Part shown: one piece after another, positions 53,214 through 64,000 of the stretch
Layout: each line of letters starts with the position of its first letter
Position numbering within the stretch: the first letter of the stretch is position 1
Source: Zygnema circumcarinatum SAG 698-1b
Lineage: Eukaryota > Plantae > Zygnematophyceae
DNA length: 64,000 bases
Reading direction: 5' to 3'
NCBI GenBank assembly: GCA_037447605.1
Contig: CM074811.1
Coordinates: 2,728,001-2,792,000 of the forward strand
Notes under the pieces: generated by a model
What the model saw: only the letters and a program-made list of their open reading frames with translations
Told to the model about the DNA's origin: nothing
Database searches by the model: none
Position numbers and translations under genes: made by a program

Positions 53214-54475
53214 TCAATTCTCATTGCTCTCGTAAAACTTCCTCAGAAATTCCGATTCGTCGTTGGAAGGAACAATACCAGCTCTATGTGAAACAGGGCC
53301 TGGTTTCTCTGGTGTGCTGCCAATGGGTCCCACCACCCACTGTGATAGAATATGGTGCCGCTGCTTGGAGTGACTCAAGTAATTCTCGAAATCTTCCTGC
53401 CCTTTCCACACCAACATGTCCACTACCTGCGAGCCATGGCGAGGGGAAACGGGCAGATTACTCCAAGAGACCATTGAGTAGGCACAGAAAGCGGTCACAT
53501 TTGCTCACACTCAATGGATTGCGAACACAGTGAATATCTCCTATCAGAATAACTAGTTTCTAAGTCCTAGGGCACAAAAAAAAGACTAGTACAATTTCAA
53601 CGATTCAACCTTCGCTCCTCTCTCCCAAATGAAGCAGCATCACTTCATGAATTAGCATGTACACTAAACAAAAGTTCCAAGACTCCATCCACCTCAGAAA
53701 GGTTAGGGAAAGTACAGCAAGAATGGGTTTCTGTACTGCCAGTACTAACTCGTTTCACTGATACACGGCAACGAGCAAGCCAATCGAGCGGGTCATCAAT
53801 TCACACAAGCAAACGCATCTGTGAAAATGACCATAGTTCATTATATTAAGTTTGATTTAACTCATGTGAATCAGGAAGGCTGATGCCATGAAACAGAGCT
53901 AAGGAGAGTTATAAGACATATACCAGGTACTAGGGCTAGAGAAACAGCCACTGCAGAATAATGGAAGCAGTCAAAACCGAGGTGCTAGCTATTTTCTCAC
54001 GCAAGAAGCTTCAAAGCGAATCCGAAAACAAGGCATAGCTGCCTAAAATTCCAAAAAGTACTCCGAAGATAGCAAGCTGAAAGTGAAATACACTTGACCT
54101 TAATCAAGGCGCCAGGCACAGGCATGCTTCCTCCGTCTTCAGCCTTTCCCATTCCGACAATATTTTGATTCTATATATCGCTGCCAGCATTAGCTGCTGC
54201 AATTCTTCTGGACTCTATGACTCCATCCACAGATGGCAACACCATGTTTCGGGATGCCCCCTCACCTTAGGGTTTGTGACACCCGCATGCTTTCGGAACT
54301 CCAGTGACATTTTTGAGCGCAGCTCATTCAGCGTGATGACCTCATGCAGATTGTATCGCCGCATTATCGACGGCAAGGCCCTACAAACGTCCCTGAAAAA
54401 ATCGATTGCTCTCCCACTCGCCTCCTCCAGAGTTGCGGAGCTCGTCCCAGTCACAATCTGCCGCAAAGCCGCCAT
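53214..54475 (-). CDS. NDUFA6: NADH:ubiquinone oxidoreductase subunit A6/B14 (LYR family)
   Basis: Two exons, 54475-54266 and 53426-53214. SATLEEASGRAIDFFRDVCRALPSIMRRYNLHEV...LRS...EFRKHAGVTNPKVVDMLVWKG..DFEN...HSKQRHHIL is a characteristic plant B14 sequence. Confidence 0.9.
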
Positions 54476-54837
54476 GGCTGCCGTGCGCTCGTCCGAGCCA
54501 AGCCCTCCCTCCCTCCCTGTTGCTACTCACAGGCTGAAGTTCACCAGCTGCCCTCCAGGCCTCCAAGGGAGCCAGCAAAAACGGTCTCTGCAGATTTCTG
54601 TACCAGCGTCCCCCACGCGTCCGCCATCGCCCCCTTTCAAGCGGCTATTGGACCAACGGCGACATAATGCAGTTCCAGTCCCGTGAAACGGAGCAAACAC
54701 CGAGCTGGAACTGAACAACGACTGCGTTGCAACATGGAACCTTGAAAGGAAGTGGAGCTGTGACTCCTGTGAGAGGAAAGGCAGGAAGAAGGGCCTCTCT
54801 TCCCCCTGGAGGGAGAGGGCGGAGAGAGGAGGCAGCC

Positions 54838-57800
54838 ATGGAGCTGAGGAGGAGGAAGAAGCTGCCCGCGCAGAACAGCGCGGAGACTCTCACCATGAGC
54901 TCCACAGAGCGCATTCTTCGCACGCTGGCGGAGCTCTACGACCCGCACGCGGCTATGGCGGCTCCCGGTGGACCTCCTGCACCTCCTGCTTGGGTTCTCC
55001 GATCACGAATTTCGCTTTTTTGGGAACAAATTTGACAATCTGCTGGTGTTCCTCTCATATTTCTGGCTCTCTTTCCATGCACTCTGGCGTGCTTTGAGTT
55101 CGGTCGACAGCTCCTTTTTCAAAAATATAGCACATAGATAACTAATTATTAGCAAATAGCATTAATAACAGCATATAGTCATTGTGCAATTTTTTTAAAT
55201 TTGTTTCTATGCTTACGCATAGCATTTCCTTTCGCGGCTTTGCCAAGAAAGGAAATCGATGAGCTTCGCTAGCTATATACTTAATTTTGCAGCTTCTAGA
55301 TATCGTTCTTGGCAAAGAGTGGGATGGGTGAATGAGGCTGTGAAGACGTTGTCCTGAAGGAGCCTTGAGCTTGTCGCAGCGCAGGGCCACGTGGCGCCCT
55401 CGGATTGAAGCAGATTGCAGACGACCCTCTCCTTCGGGTTCAGCTTCATCAGCCGCGGAGGAAAGTCACAGTTATGATTGTCGGAAATCACTCGGCTGGA
55501 AAATCTTCGTTTGTTAACTGGTGCGCACAAAGCATGCCTTTTTGTCATGCGTTCCGTAGCTAATTTTTTTAAGGGAAAAGTGTCAGCCAGGGTATGGACT
55601 AGGCTCTCTAGACGGCCCATCGTTTCTATAGAGGCTCGTGAAGCTCGGCTTGAAAAAAGTTCTAGTGGTTATAAGTTACCGACCAGCTGTCATGTTTTGA
55701 TTTGACAGCTGTCATTATTTTTCTTGGAGAGCGGGAGGGAGAGAGAGGGGAGAGAGGGAAAGAGTGGGAGAAAGGTGGGGGAGGGTGTTATTTGTTGATG
55801 ACTGCGGAAATAGAGCTATGAAATAGACCAAACATCGCCAGAACAATAACTGAGCCTGAGGTGGTTAACCATTTTCGTTATCGTCCCTGTAAAGAGGATT
55901 TCTTGGGTAACACGCTGAGCAAACAACTCGGGTAGTTGATTCTATTAGCTACAGTAAGTATATTAATTGTATTAGGAATTTCTTTTAGAAGAGCGAGTGA
56001 TCTGAGGATGGAAAGGATGATGGGAAACAGGTATATTGGAGAGACCATTCAGAAAACTGGCGTGGCCATCGAAACTAAAGGCTTCACATTTGTAACATCG
56101 GGCAAACGACGAGAAACTTTAAAAGGGGATGCCACACTCATGTTCTATGAACATCTGGAAACCTTGAACAGGTTTGAGGTGCATTCGCATTCTCTTCTGA
56201 TAACGTTGGCAGGTCTCTCATCGTGCATACTAATGCCATTTCAAGACTGAAACAAAATAATTTCCCTGCCTGTACGATCTTGACCAATTCAACTATTAAG
56301 TCAGCCAGTGCATTTGAAGGCTCCATAAGTTTTTCTTGAACAAGGGGGGCAAGAAATGTGTGCTGATGGCTTCATATTCGTGGCGACAATGTCAGGGTAT
56401 TCTCCCAAACATCTTCACTGAGGTTTCGTCATCCAAGGAACGTAATTTCACATGTGTGGACTTTATAGATACGCCGGGACTTGTTGATGGCGATATTCAC
56501 TATGCCTACGATGTGGACGGAGCCATTGTGTGGTTGGCGGATCATGTAGATCTCATACTCGGTGAGATTTGTTCATGTTCGCAGTTGTTTGTCAAAGGCC
56601 TGCATTAGAAACCTTTTTCTCTGCTAAGGCTGGTTATAAGGAGGACCACGAAACATGTTGCAGAGACTTGTTTGCCATAAGCAAATGTCATCCCTTTCAT
56701 TTTCTTTAATCGTTTGAAGTTGTGTGTTTGTGGGGACATCAGTGTTTTTCGACCCTATCGGTCAAGCTTTGACTGCTCGCACGATGGATGTGGTTCAGCG
56801 GTTGAGTTTGAAGCATAGTGAAAAGCTCCTTTTTTACATGTCGAAGGCCGATCAGGTACAGTATTCCTTTGAATCTGCTTCTCAAGCAACTTTTGTCAGT
56901 GAGAAACAGCATGTATGGTTGAAATCCAAACCCTTCCCACAAACAGGAAGGTCATCTAACACTCTTTTTTTCCATTTCCTTTGTTAGAGAGAATAATAGG
57001 AAAGTTTGAAATCCCACCGGGAAAAATCATTTGTTTGTCAAACAAAGGCATCCTCGAAATGGCAGCTTTCAGCTATATGATGTGTGATGAAATTCATTTG
57101 GGGAGAACAGGTAGAACGAGAGGACGACCGGCAGCGCGTGCTCATTCAAATCACACAAAGTGTAACTTCGCGTATAAAGGTGGGGAGTCTGTCTCAGTTA
57201 TAGAGCAGTAGAAAGACTCAGAACCCATTGAAGTTAGCAGAAGTTGATTTGAACCCCAATGTCATGGCTGAATGTGATCTGTTGTAAGTGGATTCAGAGC
57301 ACCCATGCTTTCAAATTGCCGACCTTTTACTTGCCCTTGCCGGGAGATGACTTCCGAGCCACGTCGATTATACCAAATGCTATTGATGACGTTTGTGAGG
57401 AGATTGATAAGGTACAAGGCTAACTCTTTTGCTGCTAGCCTATCCCCGGCCGCTTATGTTCTCTGCATATGAGAATGGGAGGCAGAACAGGAAATCATTC
57501 TTTCTAAAAGTACGGCATCTTTCCGTTCGAAAAATATGTTTGTCTCTTTAAGCATGGCGATTAAGAGTTTAAGGATCACTGTAATTCAGTAGGTCTAGAA
57601 AGTGGATTTCTTTCAGGGTAGGAAAACGGGGGCTGAAAACCTCTCTGAAATGCTGTGATGTGCAGGCTGTCAAGCTGACGGTGCAAAAGAACTTAACTGC
57701 GTTGAAAAGCGACTGCATAGCACTCAGCCAAGCGATTGCACAGTGAGAATATTGCCACTCTCTTCCTTGATCGATTCCTTCCTTTCTCTTCCCTTCTCTC

Positions 57801-59728
57801 TTCCTTTTAACTGCGAGGTTGACAAGTTCTAGTCTTAAGCGGGGGGGCTCTCCATTGGCTGGAGGCTTGTTCTGACGTCAGCTGCAGGAGGAAGGGTGTG
57901 TGGGGCAAGGTCCACTTTTGAAGTGCCATTCGTCTCCATAGTCAGTGGCAGCCTGTCTCAGAGCTGTGTAGGAGGCCGGGGATGGTGATATATGGAGAGT
58001 GTCATATTGCTCCTTGTGCTGGCGAGGGAGGGAGCGCACAGGAAGCAGAGAGAAGACAGTGAGACAAGGCGGAAAAACCGGATACGCAGTCGTTATGGTA
58101 GGAGCCAATCTTTTGGTGCTTTGAGAGGTTCATGTGATGTACTTTGATAGGGATGAGAACCTGGAGACAAGGGGCTGCGATGGGCCCTGCTAATCTGCAG
58201 TTATTTGATTATGATGAAGGGCTGAGTAGCTGTTGTATGCTGCTGTAGCATCGGAGGAGATGCTGCCAATAGTCTGTATAGATGGGCAGCCCCTCGATTG
58301 TTGACACGTGCTCTCTTTTGCAAGTTCAGGTCTATTGTTGTTGCTGGCATCGTGGAGCATCCTCTGCTCCCTGTTGCTTGTCAGTTTGCACCTTGGATTT
58401 TCGTTCAAGCCCTCGGCTGATGCGGCCTATTCACTGCTGTGAGCCCTTCATCAATACTTTTTCCGGTTTGGGGAAAGGAAATTCATTTGATCAGTGCACC
58501 TTGCTGTGTTTTTGGCTCATGTTGCTTTCCTGAGCACTGTAGAGCCAGCACTTGCGATGCTCCCTCACAGATGAAGAGGTTGAAAGTATTGAGTAATATG
58601 TGCAGGGAGAAGATTTCGGATGGGAACATCCGAGAAACGGTAGAGCGATTTATGCCCATGCAAGAAGATCACGTGGATGTAACAATGTACGGCACCGTTC
58701 TGGGCATTCTCCTGCTGCTCTACTGCTGCCTTGTTGCAGTTATGAAGGTATGGAGGATCGGCTCCGTCCTATGTCTGGGTAGTAATAGAAATAGCATTAC
58801 AAAGAGGCTGCAACTGAGACAAGTGGGTTTTCATGCTTACTGGAATGGAGCTGGGTTTGCTTGAATGTGGGCATTCCTTCTGGTGCTCACAGGCTACTTT
58901 GCAGCTCCTTATATACGTGTATGGTCAGTTCTAATCAGTCCCTTCTAGAAGGATTCTCCTTGCTCTCTTGTTGAGTAAGGTATCCCGGACTTCTATGCGG
59001 AGAAAAGCTCCAATTTGTGCGCCTGAGGAAGTAATGGTCTAGTAGCCTATTCTTAGCTGGAGGTCTCTGGGTAGGCCGAGCTGTATCATTGTTCACTTGC
59101 TGCGCTTGGTCCTTGTGGGAGAGCACTAAGCAGGTAGTGTGGAAGGCTTCACCGGTGCTGACAAGGAAGGAGCTCGCCCAGCTGAAGTTCTATAAGGCTC
59201 ATGTGGAAAATGTCTTGAGCTTAAGAGATGGTGCGTTGCTCCTCCTCCTCTGCTTCCTCGCCTATGTTGCTGTCTCGCTGGTTTGCCCTAATGCAAAGTA
59301 CGTCTGGATTGTGATCTGACAAGGGACATTCTCAAGGGAGAATTCGTGCTCTGCTTGCTGGCCTTTAGCGGGGATGGGGGCCAAACTAAAAACTTGATGG
59401 GGTATGGTGAGGTAGTGACAAGATTAGGAAGCAAAAGCGTGACAATCACGTGCATGTCCTTGTGGGCAGGCACGGTAAGGATTGGCTCTTGGGCTTTCAG
59501 TAGGAATGCCATGTGGAAGTCTGTGCTGGTCGTTTAGGGTTTTAAGGTTTTTCAGGATTTTAGGTTTTTTAGGGTTTTTAGGGTTTTTAGTGTAAGTCTT
59601 TGTGCAGACTGATGGTTTCTTGGAAAGTATGGGTCCTCCCTTTCACTATGGGGATATTGAAGTCAACCCTTGGATCTGATGCAGGCTTGTACAGGGAATA
59701 CTTCAAGCAGCTCCAGAGTAGCGAATAA
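54838..59728 (+). CDS. Dynamin-superfamily (EHD/RME-1/sarcalumenin-like) P-loop NTPase with two C-terminal hydrophobic helices and no EH domain
   Basis: Exons approx. 54838/54895-~54970, ~55386-55520, 56031-~56178, 56396-56561, 56743-56855, 57111-57179, 57298-57411, 57666-57742, 58042-58097, 58330-~58438, ~58570-58747, 59134-59230 and 59685-59728. G1 VMIVGNHSAGKSSFVNW, G2 TGVAIET, G3 FIDTPGLVDG, VFFDPIG, G4 FYMSKAD, DRQRVLIQI, helical AIDDVCEEIDKAV. Hydrophobic segments LLLLLASWSILCSLLLVSL and YGTVLGILLLLYCCLVAVM. Confidence 0.75.
59533..59590. repeat. Degenerate telomere-like (TTTTAGGG-type) array in the last intron of the EHD-like gene
   Basis: tttagggttttaaggtttttcaggattttaggttttttagggtttttagggtttttag seen directly. 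Confidence 0.75.
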
Positions 59729-60387
59729 ATGGTGCCCCTTCCCACTCTCTCGCTCGGTCACAAGTGCGGCCAAGTCCAGCCTTCCGTTAGTTTGGCGCTG
59801 CTTTCAGTAAGCCGGCCACGTTGTCAATCAAATGTTGAGATGAAGTCTAGGAAGGCTTCTCTGGTCCGTTAAAAAAAAATCCAAAATCTGAACAGTTCGT
59901 ATAACATTCAGACGAGGACTAGTCTGTTGATATGCGGAAAGCACGGCTTATGATCGCTTCAAATCGACACGTAGGGAAGCAGTTCCATGTTTCAGTTAGT
60001 GATCAAATGTACACTGTTCGGAGTCTAAATAAAGATGTGCTATATGTGTTGTATCTTGTTTGGCGCCTTTTGGTTTTCCTTGCACAAGAACCGGAACCGG
60101 AACCGTGCTGATGAGGCGTATATGGGTGTATACTGCACCATCACCTCACATCCTGCTTATGTTTTATGGCTTATGGTTGTTGGTGCTTCCTGGTTGATGG
60201 TTTATGCATTTACGATTTATGGCTTATGATTTATCATCTCCTGGTCATCCCTTTTATGGGCCATCTTGTCGACAACAGAGGTAAAAATTTTGACAACCTA
60301 TAGCTGTTTGCTCAGAGCGTCCATACACGCAAGACACAATTGACCATCATCAGTTGAAAAGGCGAGCATGCCTTTCCTTGGAAGTCG

Positions 60388-63300
60388 TTAGTCTGCTGAT
60401 ATGCAAAACTGTGAGCACAGCGTGTGAAAAAAGTTTGCGTCTCTTCTTATGCAAGCTCGAGTGCCATTGCCGGTTGGTCCTGAATCATTTAGAAACATAG
60501 CAAGTGGAGCAACAGTGGGGATGGAGGATGCTAGTCGATTGCATAGGGATCGTCCTGGTAGGGGTTGAGTGATCCGCAAGCAAACAGTTCGTTTATGTCG
60601 GCGGGAGTGCGCGTCTTGTCTTTCTGCCAACAAAAACAAGAGAGGTGAGATACTGCAACTGGGAAGCACCCGCCTGAATGCTTCAAGGTTGGTCTTGTAA
60701 GGAGTCAGCCACGTACTACATCTTGACTTCAGATGCAACATGAGCAAAAGTTGTCCCTTGCTATAACTGTTTATGCTGGCAATGGCAGTGATGACAACAA
60801 GCTGAAGTGTGCAGGCCAGACTACATAGGGTGGAAATCCATCGAGGGTACTCAGCAACGCATCGACACAGTCACAACTCTCCACGACACTGCTTGCATGG
60901 GGCTGATGCTATCGGAGGTACCCTCGATGAAAGTCCATAATCTTTTGTTAGACAAAGTGCACACTTACTCTGACAACCGTTGAGCTCCTTGATCGCCTTC
61001 TCTTCGACACTTTCTTGCCATTCCCAAAAACCTGCATTTGGTATTCGTGGCTTGCGATCTGCGGGGAAAAGACAAGTACTCACTAAAGAGAAGCTTCGCT
61101 GCGCTAGCTTCGCTTCGCTTTTGTTTGACAATCACTCCGAACGCCATGATTGAATTCCAAGCAAGACAGACTGCTAGTGATTGATGAAAACAAGAAAATA
61201 ATGTTTGTTGAATTACAGTATGCTTAAAGAAGAGGAGTATAGAATGGTGAGGATAGAGGCCTGCCTCTGAACTATGAGACGCCTATTACTGTAGTACCGC
61301 AGTATATTACATGAACCTACATGGCTGATCCCCGGACTAGTTTCAAGCCCAGCTCTGTGGTCTGTTCAACATGAACAGACCACAGGGCTGGCCAGATCTG
61401 GCCAGAGCTCTCGGTAATTAAAAGAGTGAATCATGGAATATGGAATATGAATTATAAAAAAAAAAAGGGGTGTGAAGGGAGGTTTGACAATTGACATTGA
61501 CGTCAAAACCGTCGCCCAGGACGTACGGCTTCCCAGAAATTCGTCATATTGCATTTGACATGATTACTGACCTTCTGTTGAACAGGAGGAGCCGGCTTGG
61601 AAGCACTGTTGTAGGGAAACTCGGGAAGCTGTTGAAAATCTGTCGTTGGTACAGCCTCTTTTCTCTGCAGAGACCGACATTACTGTCAAAAACCGGTTAT
61701 TGAATACCAATAACGGTCTGTCTTCATCGTTGTTTGCCTGCAAGTGAAACTAGAACTCCAAACATACCCGTCGGACTCCGTATGTACTTCAATTCGCATA
61801 AACGGCTTGAAAGGTGAGGACTGGTTACTTGCCTGCTTCGAAAATGTAGTAGGATTTCCACCTTGTGCATCCACGGACAATTTAGAAAACTGAGCAACTT
61901 GTCTTGTCTCCTGATTGGACTCAATGACCTGTAATACGGGTGCTTTGCTCAAACTCATCGCAGAAGGTCAATCAACAGATCCAAATTTGCAAGTTAAATC
62001 AACACAGGCACACTCCACTGCATTGAATTCCTTTTTTTTGCCACTCTCTCAGCAGCACTGTCAGAAAGGAGGTGCAGTAACTTTGATACCAGCTGCACTG
62101 TTTAGCAAGCTATTACTCTCGGGATTAGGTGGAACTGAGGCGTTGGAATCATACCATTGTGCTTCTCACTCGCCCAGTGTATGCAAGGTGTCCGTCGTCA
62201 TGATCAACATCGATTGCAGTGTCGGTGTTATCCTGTCAGAATGAATCCTCCATACAGTTAGCAAGGCTGCCTCATTTGTTTCGCGTTATTTTGCGTTTAG
62301 GTCGACACTTTCACGTGAATATGTACAGCATTGCGAGGGAAACAAGGGTCAACGATTTAGAGGCGAGGTGGTATTACATGTTTCTCAGCTCCTGTCCCAT
62401 CTGGACTTGTGTCTCCAAACTTAGCCTGCATAGAAGATGGCAAAATATTTGCAGCGTCATGAGAAGCAAATTACTTACATGAGGTTGTTATTGTTATAAT
62501 AAGAATTGTGCAGTATGATAGTCTTGAGGACAATTTACAAAAACGAGTACACAACTTCACCTGAATGAGTTCCCTTTGCACATCATAACTGAAGCGTCGA
62601 AGAGTAGCTTCATGGCGTAGCTTTTCCTTAGCGAGCTTTCCATTGTAATCCTGTATCTTTTTCTCGTAATCAATCTTCATCCTGCTCAATGCCTCCTCAT
62701 GCTTCACCTGTTCTGCAAGAGATATTGATTTAGCTTGTTCCAATGCCGCTTCACTCTGTCCAAGACATACACCGCAGTTGCCTTCATCAGCTTGGAGATT
62801 TACTGGCATGCGTAGAAGCAAAATAAACTGCGTTTCTTGCTTTTTTAGTTATCTTACTGGCCTTCACACCTGTTTCCCCCTATCCCAGAATCACCTGTGG
62901 CAACTTACCGTCCGCAGGTGTTCCTCACTATGCTGTAACTTTGTGGTAACTTCGTCGTTGATGAACATCAGCTCATCCTTATGGTTCTCAATATGCTCCA
63001 AATCTCCTTGCTTCTGTGACATAGTAGAAAACATAGATGACATAAAAACCTCTGCCTTGCACTGCCTAGAGGGTTTGTTCTAAACGCATTGAGAAACTGC
63101 AGCATTACTGCGTAGAGCATTCAACAAAGGCAACGGTAAATGAGCACAATACTTTCATGTATTTAAAGAGTAAAACATGAGAGTGTAGCCTAATCTGCAA
63201 CATCACACTTCAGAAGAAGTGATGATTTACCTGCTGCAGCTCCAACTCCCGTTGAACCTTACGTTCCGTCAACCTCTCCACTTTTGATTTCCATTCCGTT

Positions 63301-64000
63301 ACAAAAGTCTCTTGAGCCTGAACGGAGAATGAGCTAAATCAGAAAGTATTTATATTTTGGCTATTTTGTATACATTGTTGTACATTCATTTCAACTTCGA
63401 TTGCGCTGACTTATTGTCATTCATTACCTGTCTAGATTTTTCTTCGTTGCTGAGATTTATTTGTAGCAATTCAGATTCGAGCTTGTGCTCTAGGGTGACA
63501 TTTTCTGCGCGAAGATTTTCCACGTGCTCCTTTTCCTGAACACAAACATAAGCTGTCAGGCTCGAGTAACATCCTCTGATGATATACTGGTGTGCATGTA
63601 ATGAGCCAGTCTGATCACGTCTCTTAAAAAATAGATATGGTTAGCTGCCTCTGTTTTGAAAGGTCTAGTGTAATCACCTTTTCCAATGCTGCACAGAGTG
63701 CCATTCTCTCCCGACATAGCTCCATCCGAAGTTCTTCAAGTATTTTGTTCGTTTCGTCGTGATACTGTTTAGCAAGTTCGGTCATCTGGACATGTCAACG
63801 CAGAAACGATCCAGGACAAGTCAGTCGTAGAATGTGAGTTTCTCTGTTCAACGATTTAAATGACTTAGATGCATCCTGGACACGTTACTGGCGACTGAAA
63901 ATGTTTATATTTATACAAGCGGTGAATCTATCAATCATTGACTGATAGGCTTACCTCTTTGTTACTCTGCTCCTCCAGGTTGTTGATGTTCGTTCTGGCT
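60388..64000 (-). CDS. Unidentified long coiled-coil protein, 3' part (5' end beyond the window)
   Basis: Short GT-AG exons encoding E/K/L-rich heptads: ...NINNLEEQSNKE (about 63950-64000), MTELAKQYHDETNKILEELRM...LEK (about 63680-63790), EKEHVENLRAENVTLEHKLESELL (about 63430-63537), AQETFVTEWKSKVERL (about 63230-63318), KQGDLEHIENHKDEL (about 62908-63012), SEAALEQAK...ELIQ (about 62560-62755), then S/T/Q-rich low-structure exons (61.5-61.9 kb). The stop codon position is uncertain. Confidence 0.55.

Overview
Eukaryotic, intron-rich nuclear DNA. The gene set (ATXR3, PFP-beta, SDP6, group I WRKY, SKIP2/VFB-type F-box), the GA/GGA-rich low-complexity tracts and the short 10-N scaffold gaps suggest a streptophyte green alga or a non-seed plant; the species is not determined. 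Ten protein-coding genes were reconstructed by hand from GT/GC-AG splice sites: an ATXR3/SDG2-like SET methyltransferase (5' end outside the window), an F-box/Sel1/MYND protein, SDP6-like FAD glycerol-3-phosphate dehydrogenase, PFP beta subunit, an F-box/LRR (SKIP2/VFB-like), an intronless group I WRKY (with a probable 1.3-kb assembly duplication), a Gfo/Idh/MocA oxidoreductase, an intronless HemD/UROS-like gene, complex I subunit NDUFA6/B14 and a membrane-anchored EHD/dynamin-like NTPase lacking an EH domain. An eleventh, an unidentified coiled-coil protein, runs off the right edge. Mobile DNA: a clean 863-bp hAT-type MITE (21-bp TIRs, 8-bp TSD) and a degenerate CRE-like non-LTR retrotransposon (RT, zinc knuckle, restriction-like endonuclease). 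The retroelement's ~150-bp 3' UTR ends in a small stem-loop and recurs as at least seven short dispersed copies; one of these forms an inverted pair with the parent element just downstream of PFP. No rRNA, tRNA or CRISPR array was recognised. All homology calls come from motif recognition, not database searches, and exon coordinates were read by eye and may be off by a few bases.
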